A DNA stretch of 64,000 bases from contig CM120645.1 of assembly GCA_051362555.1 (NCBI GenBank), positions 18,352,001 to 18,416,000 of the forward strand, written 5' to 3'. Origin of the DNA: Lingula anatina. Lineage: Eukaryota > Animalia > Brachiopoda. Position numbers and translations under genes: made by a program. The notes beneath the pieces are model-generated. The model had not been told where the DNA came from, did not search any database, and saw only the letters and a program-made list of their open reading frames with translations. Of the stretch, positions 12,270-26,318 are shown one piece after another; positions within the stretch are counted from its first letter, which is position 1, and each line of letters starts with the position of its first letter.

Positions 12270-12836
12270 ATCATTTCTGTAAGTTTTAAAAGAATATGTC
12301 AAACAGTTTTCCAATTAGTGTGCCATTTAAGTAAAATACAAGGTCAGATTTGACATCTACAGTCACATTTTTTATGATTCAAAAAGCAAGATCAAATAGT
12401 ATTAAATATAATATAACAAAATGTGCAAAATAATATAAAGGGTTATCACCTGGAGGAAGAAATGTTTGACTTTTGATCAGATTTCTGCAGTAACTTTTGT
12501 CATTATTCATTTGGTTTGGAGATATTTCATATTCAATTTTGAACATTTTTGACAAAGTGTGACAGTAATGCAAATATGTATAAACTGACCAAGCAGTAAA
12601 TCTAGCAAGTTTTAAGGGATAAAAACCTTTTGTATGAGATTCATATTTCACAAAAAATCATTGTAAACAACTCATAGATATATAATAAATACTATTATAC
12701 CACCAAACTGGGGTATTCTGGACTCAGTGCTTGCCATCGACCATGTGACTCCTACAGATAGCTATACCTCCATAATAATATCCTAAGAGATTAATACAAA
12801 AAACAAACTTTATAGGAAAAAAACTGGGACTAACTT

Positions 12837-12868
<32 letters not shown>

Positions 12869-13013
12869 GAACACTTAATCCTAATAACCAAAGGATTTCC
12901 ACAAGACTCTAATCACAATAAAGCACTCCATCAATAAAAAACTTAGCAGTTGTTATTTTGAAAATATTACCATTGGGAAGGTGCAACCAACAGTCAAAAC
13001 CAAATCATCTTAC

Positions 13014-13105
13014 CTCCTTCGATGGCTGCTTTGTGGCCACACAAGCTGCAGAGCTGATGAGGTCTGAGGGGTAAACCTCTGGTGTACAAGGAGATCCGCA
13101 CTCAT
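13014..13105 (-). CDS. Putative first coding segment of an unidentified minus-strand gene (MSADLLVHQRFTPQTSSALQLVWPQSSHRR...)
   Basis: Unique sequence with donor GAG|GTAAG at 13014 and a candidate acceptor at 13374; ATG at 13105. Product not recognised and upstream ATGs are present. Confidence 0.25.
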
Positions 13106-13599
13106 ATGAACACCTGCCTTAACTCTCTATCCAACACACAGCACATTATTGTTATGCATAAACTCAAGTGCAGAGCTCTAAGATAGCATCTCTCATTGTT
13201 GTGGATACAGAAAAGGCACCCACAGCAGGATAAATATACCATCTTCAGATCTAATCAGATTCATTTTGCTTTGACTCAGTAAGAGACAGTAAGAGGCCTT
13301 GTAGATGAATATCAGTTTGGGGAACCACCCATTAAAAACTACTGGATTTACTACCGAAACTTTGTCTTGAAGACCTGCTTGAAAGATAGATGTGGGCATT
13401 CCAATTAAGAAGTGTACAGTAGTGACTATATCTTTTTTTCAATGGACAAAAATTAACAAAATTTCAGATACATAATTTATAATCACAACAGTTAAATTTC
13501 TTTAAAGAACTTGCAGTGCTTTTACTGCATAGAATAGGCCATCAACTGTGTCTGTGGTCATCACGCTGAGCACTTTAAGTGGTATATCAATAAGTGATC

Positions 13600-15394
13600 G
13601 GACCATTTTTCCGAAAATTAAATTTACAGAACTGATGAATATTCATGAAATACAGGTCAAGTTCTAAAATCAGCCTGATCGAACCATTTTTTCAAAAGTT
13701 ATGCTGTTTTTTTTTTCCAGCATAAATTATCCACCATTATATAAATAGACCAAAAACAGATTTAACTTTTGTCTTCAAACTTTAAGAGCTGATGGATATT
13801 CATAAAATACAGGTCAAGTTCGAAAATCTGCTTGATTAGAACATTTTTCTTAAAGTAATGCTGTTTTTTTTTTCGCTTTTTTCAGTATCTTTTATCCACT
13901 GTTATACAGAAAACCATGTCATATTTTGCTTTAAAAAACACACAACTGATTCATAGGACCAATATAAAGATCAAGCTCAAAATCAGCTTCATTGTCTCAT
14001 TTTTGTTGAAGTTATGTTGTTTTTTGTATAAGTGGTTTTCCCTCAGATTCAATTCTTAGGTATGTTAACAGTCACAGTATTGAATAAGATATGTTAAGGT
14101 GTTCTTTTCACATTTTCAGCATCTTAACAATATTGTTAGTTGATTATATAAAAATGATGCTAAATCTGTTATTGTGTGTTATCAGTGCAGTTTGTCAGAT
14201 TCAATCCTCACTATTACCCCATTCACACTACAGTTGCAAAAATGCGCATTTCTATAATCCGAATTTTTCGTGAGAAATTCGATTCTGTTTTGCGTTCATA
14301 CTGTACAGTGGAACCCGCATCGGCAAAGCCAAAATCCAGGTGAAACTTCCTGCGTAAACAACTGCACATGCGCTGCATCAAGCAATATGAAATAAGGCTG
14401 CAATACCTACATGTTTATTTCTCTGGAATTTTTTCCGCTTTCTTTTCGGGAAAAAACATTTTAAAGCAAAACAAAGAATATTTGGACAACCCCTCATATT
14501 TGACACACATAGTAGTCTTTCTGAGAGAAGACGCACACTGGCAGGGTTTCTGCCATGTACCACGCATGCGCAAATATATCTCCGCACTGTTTACTTAGAA
14601 ATCCACTTCGCTTGCAGGATTTGGCAAATTCGCATTACAGAAATCCTCTTGCATTCATACTACTGCATTTATTCGAATTGTGACCTAATTCACAATTTAT
14701 AGGGATAACTGAGCATAGTGTGAACGCAGTATATATTCAGAATCTCAGCATTGAATAAATTGGATATTCAAAATTTTTAAATTGAAATTTTTCACATCTC
14801 AACAATTCCGTTTGTTGATCATATAGAAATTATAGTAAATTATTAATGCATATTATGTAATAAAGTGTTAAAACTGAACTAAAATCATATCAGTACAGTT
14901 ATCTCTTGTTTACATGTGGGCCTGAAGATCTTTGCTTGTCACATTTCTAAATATCTGTTACCTACAGTACATACTTAAAAAGCAGTGTTGATTATGCTGC
15001 TAAACATTATGTAATATTGCATCAAAAAAGAAGAAAACCCTATTAAGGCGTCAACAGTTCAAATGCTATAAAAGGAAAATTTAGATACCTATTATTTTTA
15101 AACTTGTAAGAATGAATCGTTTGATTGATCTACAGCTCAAATTGGAAAAAGACTATCATTTTTTTTTTTTGTATTGAATTTGAGCATTTTTTTGTAAAAA
15201 TTTCAATTTTTCACATTCTGGTTTTTTAATTATTCATTTTTCAAGCACTGGCATTTTCAGATGTGGCTTTGGTAAAATATGGTGGTGATAATTCTGTTAA
15301 AAATATATATAATTTAATTTTTAAATTGACAGAACATTTTGCACATTTTTTTTCCTGCTTAATGTCTGTACATTTGACAGCTTTCTGCCTTTTT
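13600..15394 (+). mobile_element. Degraded HINE family B copy
   Basis: CAGGTCAAGTTC.AAAATC units and 3' end GTCTGTACATTTGACAGCTTTCTGCCTTTT; interrupted by a MITE at ~14217-14729. Confidence 0.65.
14217..14729. mobile_element. MITE with TTCACACTA...TAGTGTGAA termini
   Basis: Short TIR; splits the family B sequence GATTCAATC..CACTA|TATTCAGAATCTCAG. Confidence 0.55.
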
Positions 15395-15766
15395 AATTTT
15401 GTTGCCACCACTCAATAGGAATATTCTATTTTTAAGAAGTTATGATTTAAAAAATACAGTATTGAGTAATTACTGTATATCATTTAGTGCCTAGGATAGC
15501 TCTGAAAACAGTAGTATTAATCTTTTTCAAAATTAGAAAAAAATGAAAACTAGAGAAATATTGTACCACAAGCGCATGCATAAGGCCACACTTTTTTATT
15601 TTTATGGATGACATCCTCTGGGTACCCCAAAATCGGTGCGAGAGGGCGAAAAAAAAAAAAAAAAAACAGTCCAAAAAAAAAAAAAAAAAAAAAAACTGCT
15701 TAAGTAAAGGAATGCTGTCAGTACACAGCTGGAAACACAAATTTAACCACAGAAACACGTATCAAA

Positions 15767-17781
15767 CTAGAGGATCAGAGAGGCGATACCGCCTCTGGAT
15801 ATTGTACCACCAGCTGGAGTAAGCGCATTCTCATGGAAACCCCACCCCCAAAAAATGAACACCACCACCAGTCTTGTGCTTGACAAGCTCTATGAAATGC
15901 AATAAACAAGAGTTCTCAAAATATGAAAAAAATATATATATCGAACAAACATAACTGTTCAAAACAAGCAGATGTTCAAATTGAGCTGTATTTTCCTAAC
16001 ACTGATCACTCCTGTGATTTTCTAGACAATAGGCCTATTGCTTTTCCTTGAAATGCGTTATCAGTATTGCAGATTTGCTGACAAAAGAGAAAACCTAGGG
16101 ACAACAGTGGGCAGATCTCTGCTAGCTTTGAAGATATGAGGGGCAAGAAAATATGCAGAGTTCAGTTTGTGGTGAAAAAGTAGGTCAAAGGTCAATTTCA
16201 AGGTCACAGTATATGACTTCCTATAAAAGTTCAATAGTAGCTATGGGCATTTCTTTGCCAATTTTGGAGATATGAAGGCCAGGAAACATGCAAAGTGCAG
16301 TTCATCATAAATAGTAGATCAAAGGTCAATTTCAAGGCCATAGTAAGATTGCTAGTATATGACTTCCTATTCAAGTTCAATAGTAACTTTGGACTTATCT
16401 CTGCCAGTTTTCGAGATATAAAGGATAGAAAATTTGCAAAGTTCAGTTCATGGTGAAAAGTAAGTCAAAGGTCAATTCCAAGGTCACAATAAGACTGCCA
16501 GTATATGACTTCCTATTAACGTTCAACAGTAACTATGGGTGTATCTCTGCCAGTTTTGGAGATATAAGGGTTGAAAATTTTGCAAAGTTCAGTTCATGGT
16601 GAAAAGTAGGTCAAAGGTCAATTTCAGGATCATATTTAGATTGCCAGTATATGACTTCCTATTCAAGTTCAATAGTAACTATAGGCGTATCTTTGCCAGT
16701 TTTGGAGATATAAAGATCAGAAAACTTGCAAAGTGCAGTACTGAAAAGTAGGTCAAAGGTCAATTTCAAGGTCACAGTTAGATTACCAGCATATGACTTC
16801 CTATTCAAGTTCAATAGTAACTATGGGCGTATCTTTGCCAGTTTTGGATATATAAAGATCAGAAAACTTGCAAAGTGCAGTTCATTATGAAAAGTAGGTC
16901 AAAGGTCAATTTCAAGGTCACAGTTAGATTATCAGTATATGACTTCCTATTCAAGTTCAATAGTAACTATGGGCGTATCTCTGCTAATTTTGGAGTATTT
17001 CACATTTTCCCCACTGAATATTGCGATGTTGTAATTTTTGATATAGGGCAATGCCTAAACCATATCAAAAACAAAAAAATGGACACCACCCCCAGTATTG
17101 CACTTGACAAGGTCTACAAAATGCAATAAAAAAGAGGTCTCTGGCATTTACCGTTCCAGATTTAGAGCGAGTTTTCAGTTTCGGTATCTAATGGCTGCTT
17201 CTCCCGTGAAAATGCACCGATTGACCCCAAACTCCCAAAGATGAAAGGAGTCCCCAATGGTAACCCCTCACTATAACAGGAGAGCTTAGGGCTGTGTAGT
17301 TTCCAAAAATTAGCACAAACAAATATTTTTTTACAGAAAATTCCCATTTTTAGAAATTTTTGGCTTGTTTGACCTTGAAAAAAAGGTCAAAAGTCAAATC
17401 CAAGGGCATATTTGGAATCTCCACATATGACTTTCAGGAACACTTCTGTAGTAATTTTTCCCATAATTCCTTTGGTTTGGGAGATATTAAGCATTGAATT
17501 TTCAAAAATTTTGACAAGGGTGCATTTCAACAAGCGTCATGCCCAGGCCAGTGCACCGATGGAGACAAAAAAACCAGGGTGTTCAAGTTGAGATTATATG
17601 TGACTTAAATCCAAGAGATGGGGACACAGGTCCTTGCGGTCTAGGAGGAGAAGCGGTAACGGTGACTTGTTTCCGGCGCCCGACTGCGGAGCCGCAGGAG
17701 CCGGCGGAGCCGGCGGAGCTGTACGAGACGGGTCGGGACTAAAACCATGAGTACCGCCAGCGTACACGCTGGTGGTACTAA
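15767..17781 (-). mobile_element. HINE family A, complete copy with ~5.5 diverged 146-bp units
   Basis: CTAGAGGATCAGAGAGGCGATACCGCCTC...GTACCACCAGC at left; GTACCGCCAGCGTACACGCTGGTGGTAC at right; array at ~16180-16995. Confidence 0.85.
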
Positions 17782-19340
17782 CTAACAATATGTCTTTATC
17801 CATGCTCTCAAAATATTAAAGCATTGTGAATACTTCGTAGAAATGTTTAAAAAATGATGAATTGATATACTTCATATTACCAAATCTATTAAGGTTATTT
17901 CATGCATTCATTTGGTATAGCAATCAATAAAACAAATATCAATCAAACAGTGCGTCTTTTTTTGTATTCTCAGAATATTAAAACATTTTGAACACTTCAC
18001 AGAAATGTTTAAAAAATGATGCAAAGATATGCTTAATACTACCAAATCTATTAAAGGTCATTTCAGACGATGCCATTTTGTCAACTTCAACTCACACGAA
18101 GCAGCTAAACTGTCAGGTGGCCTGTCCGACCTTCAGCCCACCAAATACCTCGACGCCCTTGTCGACCCTTTTTTCGCTACAGAAAACCTGGTATTAATGT
18201 GCTACTTTATACAGAATTTCACAGAAATGTTTCGGCCGCCGCCAGCCTTTCGCACAATTGTAAAAAGGTGATATCTCCATGCCCAATATCAATGGCATAC
18301 CAATCCAAAACGATGGCGCCCGTTCTCTTGATGACTTTTATTGTTGTGTAATTTGAAAGTAACCCAGAGATGAATTTGACAGCAAAGTGGCCGCATTTCC
18401 ACGTGGCGAAAATACGCATACGCAGAAAGCTCATTTCCTTGCAAATTCAATAACAACGTTTGCGACAACCGACTTCGTTGGGTGCTGGGGGGGGGGGGGG
18501 GGGCTTTTTTTTTTTTTTTTTTTTTTTGGAGAACGGGCGAAAATCCGTGCGCGCGCAGGATGTCATCCATAAAATTAAAAAAGTGTGGCCTAAAAAGCAA
18601 AAAAAAGGGACACCACCCCCAGTGTTGTGGTTGACAAGCTCTCCAAAATGTAATAAACAAGAGTTCTCAATTTTTTTTTTAGAAAATAACAATTTATATC
18701 AAAATTGTGGGGAGAAGTGATAGCTCAAACCAATGGTTGCAGTAAGATTGTGAATAAAAGACTTCCCATCTAAGTATCTAAGTTCAATAGTAATTTTTAG
18801 GACTTGGAATATGTGAAGCACTGTTCATGGTGAAAAGCAGGTCAAAGGTCAAATTCAAGGTCACAGTAAGATTACCAATATATGACTTCCTATTCAAGTT
18901 CAATAATAAATATGGGGTATCTTTGTCAGTTTTGGAGATAAAAGGGTCAGAATATTTGCAAAGCAAGTTCATGATGAAAAGTAAGTCAAAGGTGAAATTC
19001 AATGTCACAATGGCAAATACATTTACTTAAAAGTACAACAGGTTATTGCATATGCACTAGTAGCGCATCCTAATAAAAGCCGCATTCCAATACAATGAAA
19101 TTATCCCAATCAAAATTGTAACCTGAAATAATTTAATTGACTATCATTAATATAACTTAACCCTGAAGTGACAAAATAAATCACTGAACGTGATCAAATA
19201 CTTCAGCCAATTTACTTTAATGAAAAGAAAAACCTGCATATCAAACGAGTCATATTTCATTGCGTCACTGTCGGATGTAGGTCACACGCTTCTACCGCTA
19301 GGGTGTAAGACGTAACAACTGATTTCCGACAGCGCTCACC

Positions 19341-19654
19341 ATGTCGCTTCAAAGAAGCTGCAGAAGCCAAACTCCTATTTTAGCATTCCGACTGCTGCAG
19401 TTTCGGATACGGAAAGCTCAGCATCGGTTTCCACGGAAAGTGAGAAAACTACCCCTGTCACAAATGTCTGCTTTAAAGAAGCATGGCAGAAGCAGCATGC
19501 ATGGCTTTGGTTGGATGACCAAAAAAATGTAATGTTTTGTGACATTTGCAGATATTTACATTTTAAAAACTCCATGGCAATCGGGACAAACAATTTTAAG
19601 ACAAGTACTTAAGCGAGGCATGTCAGCCACAAGGAACATAGGCAAAGTTTTCCA
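19341..19654 (+). pseudogene. hAT transposase N-terminal TTF-type zinc finger remnant (ZNF862/ZMYM-like)
   Basis: FKEAWQKQHAWLWLDDQKNVMFCDICR...GTNNFKTST*ARHVSHKEH; in-frame TAA at 19610 and a frameshift relative to the ATG at 19341. Confidence 0.8.
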
Positions 19655-19777
19655 CTTCGTCACTTGTTCTGTTCACAGTTTATAATTTAAAATATGAGCA
19701 TTCCGCGCTGCTCTTCTCTGGATTTCAGTTGCACCATGCATATTACGTGTGTAATGACATTACTACAGTGCCAATAA

Positions 19778-20449
19778 AGGCCCCATCACGCTAGAGGCAG
19801 AATCAGCAAGAATGCCGTCGGAAAGACAATTCTTTATACGTTCCTGGATACTTGAAGAGCATTCTAAAATTTCTCAGAACATTCCAAATATTTTTAAGCA
19901 TTCTTGTGGCCGGCCCGAATGTTTTGCTCATGCTCAAAACTTTTGTAGTGCATTCCAAGTGGAGAAATATCGAATGGCATTCTAAGTATATTCTAACTGC
20001 TCTATGAGTGCATTTTAAATATTCTTAGGGCATTCTGACAGCATTCGAGGGAGAACCGAAATGGCAAGACACTTAAAATCCTGCAAGAATGAGCTGGATT
20101 GCAACTTGAATACATCTCAATGGCTGCCGAAATCCTATTTCAGCAATCGAACTACACTCGTACAGCATTCGAAGTGTATTCTAAATATTCTGACAGCATT
20201 CTGACAGCATTATCAATATTCCTAGTTTTCCAACTACATTCAAGCTGCATTTGAGAGCTAATACAAGTCGAAATGTGCATTAATCATTCCAGGCGGATTC
20301 AAGCACATTCTGAGTTTTCAAATGGCATTCTTACAAGAATTTAGGTCAATTTGAAATTTCTTCCCGAATGTAGTAAGAATTTTGAAAATTCTTCGTTCTG
20401 GCTGGTTCTGCTTGATTCCTTTTGATTCCGAATAAGTGTGACAGGGCCT
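19778..20449. mobile_element. PIF/Harbinger-type MITE rich in GCATTC/GAAT motifs
   Basis: TAA|AGGCCCCATCAC ... GTGACAGGGCCT|TAA (3-bp TAA TSD); second partial copy at ~26325-26795. Confidence 0.8.
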
Positions 20450-22832
20450 TAAATAATATCATACATTGTAAACTTTTTTTAAGACAGTATTTGATGGGTA
20501 ATAGGAATTAAGACAATTTTTATTTCTGATTCAATATCGAAACTTGAAATTTCTGTAAATTTGGAAATCGACTAAATACAATTTTTGAAAATAGCCCACT
20601 GTTCTTGTCATAGGGGGCTAAAATAGCCCAAGCTTTTGGAGTTCCAACCTAATCCCTGAGTACAGTTTGTGGAGAAAAGTAGGTTTAAGGTCAAATTAAA
20701 GGTCTAAGTAACATTGCCAATATATGACTTTCTATTCAAGTTCAAAAGTAACTATGGACAAATCTCTGCCAGTTTTGGAGATAAAAGGGACGAAAAATTT
20801 GCAAAGTTCAGTTAATGGTGAAAAGTAGGTCAAAGGTCAATTTCAAGGTCACAGTTAGATTGCCAGCATACGACTTCCTATTTAAATTCTATAGAAACTA
20901 TGGGCGTATCACATTTTATTTTCACCACTGAATATTGTGACCTTGCAGTTTTTGATACAGCCTAACTCATAATCTGTATGGAAAACAAAATAACCGACAC
21001 TACCTGTAGTATTTCACTTGACAAGCTCTACCAAATGCAAATACAAGACATCTCTAGCAATAATGCTTCCAGAATCAGAGAATTTTCAGTTTTGGCATCT
21101 AATGGCTGCTTCTCCTGTGAAAATGCACCGACTGACCTCAAACTCCTGAAGATCAAAGAAGTCCCTAATTGTAACCCCTTACTCTAATATGAGAGCTTAC
21201 ATCTGTATAGTTTCTGAAGATTTGCACAAAGAATTTTTTTTTTTGCAGAAAATTCCCATTTTTTAGAAAACTTTAGCCCATTTGACCTTGAATTAAAGGT
21301 CAAAGGTCAAATCCAAAGACATATTTGGAATCTCCACATATGACTTTTTGTTAGACTTCTATATAAACTATTTCCACAATTCCATCAGTTTGGGAGATAT
21401 TTGGGAGAAATTTTGATAAGGGTGTGTTTCAACAAGCGTCATGCCCAGGCCAATGCCCTGACTGAGACAAAAAAAAACAGGCAGTTCAAATTGAGTTTTC
21501 AAAGAGCTGTCAATAATTTCAAATATAAGGTCAGATGGTAAAAAAATTGATGCAATTCATATGCATTGGTACATACTTTGAGTAAAAACAACAAATTCTG
21601 ATGTAGGAGAGCCTTAAATGTTTTTTTTTTTTTTTTTTTTTTTTGGCATTTTGTCTTTGATGTTTCAGTACATCAGCAACTGACCCATATAATCACCAAA
21701 ATGCAATAATGTCTGATTGGAAGTGTTAAATGAAGGTAAGAGGCTAAAAGTGAACTAGAAATATATATATATCAAACACTTGAATCATAAAACTATGTCT
21801 ATTTTTAAACCTAGCACTGATACCTATGCATCTGTATGTAAAATACCAGTATACAGTCAAACTTATTGTTCAGATTAAAAAGTATTACTCAAAACATATA
21901 TAGACAAATTCACTATTTTATCAATCGCAACAAAGATTCATACACTGATGACAAACATTTCAAACATATAGCATTTAAATGTTATATGTCCCTTTGATAA
22001 ATGTCTACGTAACTTTATTGTTTCTTTACTGACACCTGACCTGTATTAACAGACTGTATTTACCAGCATTAGTAAACTTTCAGTCCAAATATTGAGGTGC
22101 CAACCGGTTTGTACACACCTGTGTATATAACAGCACAATACCCGATCTCTCTCCTCCTAAACCTCTTAACTACAATTATGTGCTACAAATCAGACTGAAA
22201 AAAATTTGTTCACAATATGAAAAGGCATTAGTTGCCATCCTACACACAAATAAGGTGTCACCACATATTTATATAAACAATTACTGCACCTGGCCTTCAA
22301 CATGCCAGCAGGCAATAACAGATACTGCTATAAACCAAACATGTGAAAAGCCATCTTTTCAAACCAGAGTATGAGTCTGCTTCAACTCCATACAGACATG
22401 TGTCACTTATTGGGACTGAGGCCACATTCAGAACAGTGGACAAACTAGCCTGAGGGTAAAATATGGTGACCCTATAAAAAGCTTGCCGTCTTATCCACTA
22501 ATAGGCACTAAAAAGATTCTCCGTGGGAAAGTATTTAAGTGAGACCAAGGGCTCATTCCCAATGAAATTATTGTTCCATGAAGATCTATACACCTCCACT
22601 GGGGACTCCTGTAAATGTACTCCAAATACCAGATGAACACCCCTCCTCTTGTTTCCAATGTACTCATATAATAACCAGCTTTTCTGTATTCTACTAAATG
22701 CCAGCATGTTAATCTGATTGCATTCAGTCAGAGTTCCCAAGAAACTGGATTGACCTGAAAGATAGTTTCATGGGGAAAGAGTTCTAGGTAGATTTAGACT
22801 CTGCCTGAATTGGGACAACATATCAAGCAGCT

Positions 22833-22863
<31 letters not shown>

Positions 22864-22872
22864 CACACACAC
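22833..22872. repeat. (CA)n microsatellite
   Basis: Seen directly; another (CA)n follows poly-C at ~58092-58153. Confidence 0.9.
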
Positions 22873-25800
22873 AGTCTGTTTATATTGTATATGTAATGTA
22901 TAAATCAGCCCTTGCTGGAGAACTGAGTAATAAAAAAGACACCTAATTTAAATGACTTCTTATGGCTCTTCAGAGGCACACAAATGTAAAATGACCCTTC
23001 ATATAAAACTTAGTCACATCTATGTTGCACTTAACCCCTTACATACCAACCACATAAAATTTGCCTATTAGCAAATATGATATTACACATGGCCCTAATA
23101 AGATATATATATATATATTGTAAAGAAGGCAAAATTCAAAGTAGAACACAGTTGTGAATGGACTGCTAAAACATGTTTCTATATGCAGTTGTATCTTGCA
23201 CAGAGACTCAACTTTAATAATATTAAACATACATGTGCCTTATTTTTTTAGTAATAAAACATACACCACAAAATGGAGCGTGGAGATATATTGTAGTGCA
23301 CAGCAATGAAATTTGCAAAGATAGTGAACATTCATTTCAAACTTACCCATAATGGTTTTTTTTTTCTTCCAGAACAAACCCTGTTCATCAATCTACTACC
23401 AGCCACCTGTCTGAGAGGAGATCACACAACACACATACACAGAGAAAACATACTTACAGCAGGCACAATTACAAAGGTAAGTCCACATCAAACAAGCAAA
23501 GAGGGCAGGCTCTAATCGCCTCATACCTTTGTATCACTCTTTGTTAGAAAAGGAACTAATAACCTCCAGTTGGTAAGTTCAGCAAGGGGAGATCAGAGAG
23601 AGATGTCAGCTTTGTGTTGACATGGGACTTAACCAACTAGGGCTATCTTTTTTACTAAACAGCCAATTTCTCACCTTCTAAATCCCATGCAACACATTAG
23701 GACAATTCATTTGGTCAAGGATAAGGACTCCCTCTGAATGGTCAAATCACTGTGCATAGATAATGACAACTGCATTCAAATTTGCCAGAACCACAGCATT
23801 TAGTCAAATCATCTCCCAGTGATGAAAAGCTACCTAAACAGATATATCACCTGAACATTTCAAACTAACTCCATGAAAAATCACTTCTTAGATTCCACCT
23901 TTTATTGTTTACCTTGGTAATCTCTCCCACTGGAAAACATTCATTAGAGAACAGGTCCTCTAAGTTAGCAAATTAACAAACTGACTGCTTGTCACCAACA
24001 ACTTTCAGAGTGTCTGGCTTCCAAATTTATTCTCATCAATGCCCCAGTTAATCTGACTCAAGCTGCTGATAAATATCTCCATTATAGTCAGATAGTGGAC
24101 AATGTTAGCAGCTGACCTGCCCCTCCACAAGCATCTATGTTATTTTTGTTAGGCTCAAGTCAACCTTACCTTCCTGAGTTAGCTATATCATTCTCTCCAC
24201 TAAATAAATATTTAGAGAAGCTATACAAAATCAGAGCCTCTTGTGCAATCCAAACATACATACCCAGAGACCAGCCATCATGCACAGCACGGGTTATGAT
24301 ATAGTTCAAATTAGAGAATCAGACTGGCAATACTGCTACAATGGTATTCTAGAAGTTGGAGTAAGTGGGTGGAATATTGTCACACACTATGTTTGGGGCA
24401 CAGAAGTGACGCAACTTCCGGTTTTCCCCATAGTTTGTAATGGATAGATGATAAAAAATTGCTCATCATAGACAACATATTTGGTATATTTAAAGAACCT
24501 TTTACTTTACAACAGCAAAACAGTATGAGGAGGGACTACCCCCAGAAGCACAGATGAGATATAAAGAGAAACTGGAGCTTGGCACTTTGAAGATTTGACC
24601 GTACAAATTTCCCACAGATGCCTGCATGAAAGATGGAAAGTGCAGGAAAAGGAATGACCACATTATTATTAACAAATCATTTCCCAGTACTTGCACATTC
24701 TTCCTTTTCTCACCTAAAATATTATATCTATATAAAATTATCTCAAGACAAATATACAAGTCCTATAATTTCAGCTTAAGGTAAAAAAGCAATAATAATA
24801 AACAAAATAGGATACTGTCAATTCTGATGCAATAATACATTATGCTTAACTGCACAGTCAACATCAAATTTTAATAATGTACAATAGGTAATACCGATGA
24901 AAGTAAATGCATCAGGCTTCATGCCTATGAAAGTTCACACTTTTAAGTTAAACATAATAAGTAACACACTTTTCTTTTTATAACATTTGTAGTGGAAGCG
25001 CACGAAGTAGGTTTTTTGTCAATTTTGATGCAATATTACATAATGATTAATGGGATAATTACCATCAAATTTTAAAAATCTACTATTAATAACTTGGACA
25101 TTAATAAAATATGATTACCACTGGCATTCTTGTCTATGGGAATTCTAAGTCCCACAATGAAAATGCCAATATGTAAAAGATAAAAATTTCATGAAAATGT
25201 ACAACTGGAAAAGAGGCCAATTAGACTGCTTTTCCAACTCGGGCTATATTTTAGTCCTATGTTTCTTCCCTGTACCTTTAGGAAGAGTAAGTGACATCAT
25301 TTTTCTTTAATGGTCATTTTAAAGGCAGTGCCCAAAATTTTTTTTTTTTCAATTTTGATGCAATATTACATAATGCTAACCAGCATAATTACCATTAATT
25401 TTAATAATAAAATAAAAGTATCAAGGATTTCAAAAAATGTGAATTGCAAAGATCTTCAAGCATATGGAATTTTCAAAGCCACACCTTGAAAATGTCAATA
25501 TGTGAATAATTTTAATTCTAACAAAAAACTATATTTACTTCCAGAAAATTAACTAATGAGACAGATTTTCCAACTGAAGCTGTATTTTAGTCCTATGTGT
25601 CTTTCCTGAAAGTGTAAGAAGAGTGAGTGACATAGGTTCCCTTAATGGTCACTATGGCAGCAGAGCCCAAAATGGGGTTTTCTTCAATTTTGATGCAATA
25701 GTACATAACGCTTAACAGTATAATGACCATCAATTTTTTAAAATAAAATAAAAGTATTAGGGGTATTCAGAAAATGTGACCAATAAAAGTCTTCAAGCCA

Positions 25801-25969
25801 ATGGAAGTTCATAGTCACACCTTAAAAATGCCAAAATGTAAATGAGAGAGAACTGTACTGCAAAGAGTTTTCCATTTTCAACGCCTTTTTTACATAAAAC
25901 AAAATAATCAATTTACTGTCATCTGTCATTTTTATATGATCATCTAAGAAAATTGTTGACACAGGAAAA

Positions 25970-26318
25970 CTAGAGGATCAGAGAGGTGATACCACCTCCG
26001 GGCATTGTACCACCAGCTGGAGTAAGCACATTCAAATGGAAAACCAAAAAAAGGGACCTCTGAGCACCTCCAGAGTTGTACTTGACAAGCTCTACAAAAT
26101 GCAGTAAACAAGAGTACTCAATATTTTTGTTGAAAATTACCTTTTAAAACAAAATCATGGGGAAAAGTTAAAGTTTAAATCCAAATTTGTGAAGAGATAT
26201 TCATGGTGAAAAGTAAGTCAAAGGTCAATTTCAAGATCACAGTTAATTTGTCAGTATATGACTTCCTATTCAAGTTCAATAGTAACAATGGACATATCTC
26301 TGCCAGTTTTGGAGATTA
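25970..26318 (-). mobile_element. HINE family A 3' fragment
   Basis: CTAGAGGATCAGAGAGGTGATACCACCTC hairpin, subTIR and one 146-bp unit. Confidence 0.75.

Larger units (their letters stand above)
19039..20658 (+). mobile_element. Internally deleted hAT-like transposon
   Basis: CAGG...CCTG ends with AGTACA on both flanks; contains a TTF-type zinc-finger remnant. Confidence 0.5.
18610..21497 (-). mobile_element. Degraded HINE family A copy interrupted by a hAT remnant
   Basis: 146-bp units at ~18820-19010 and ~20660-20910 plus the family A body to ~21497. Confidence 0.7.

Noticed and set aside
2359-13105. Splicing the 13014 exon to the 2359-2481 exon as one host gene
   Set aside because: Phases are incompatible in the ATG frame (2 versus 0) and the second exon lies inside the TTAA element.
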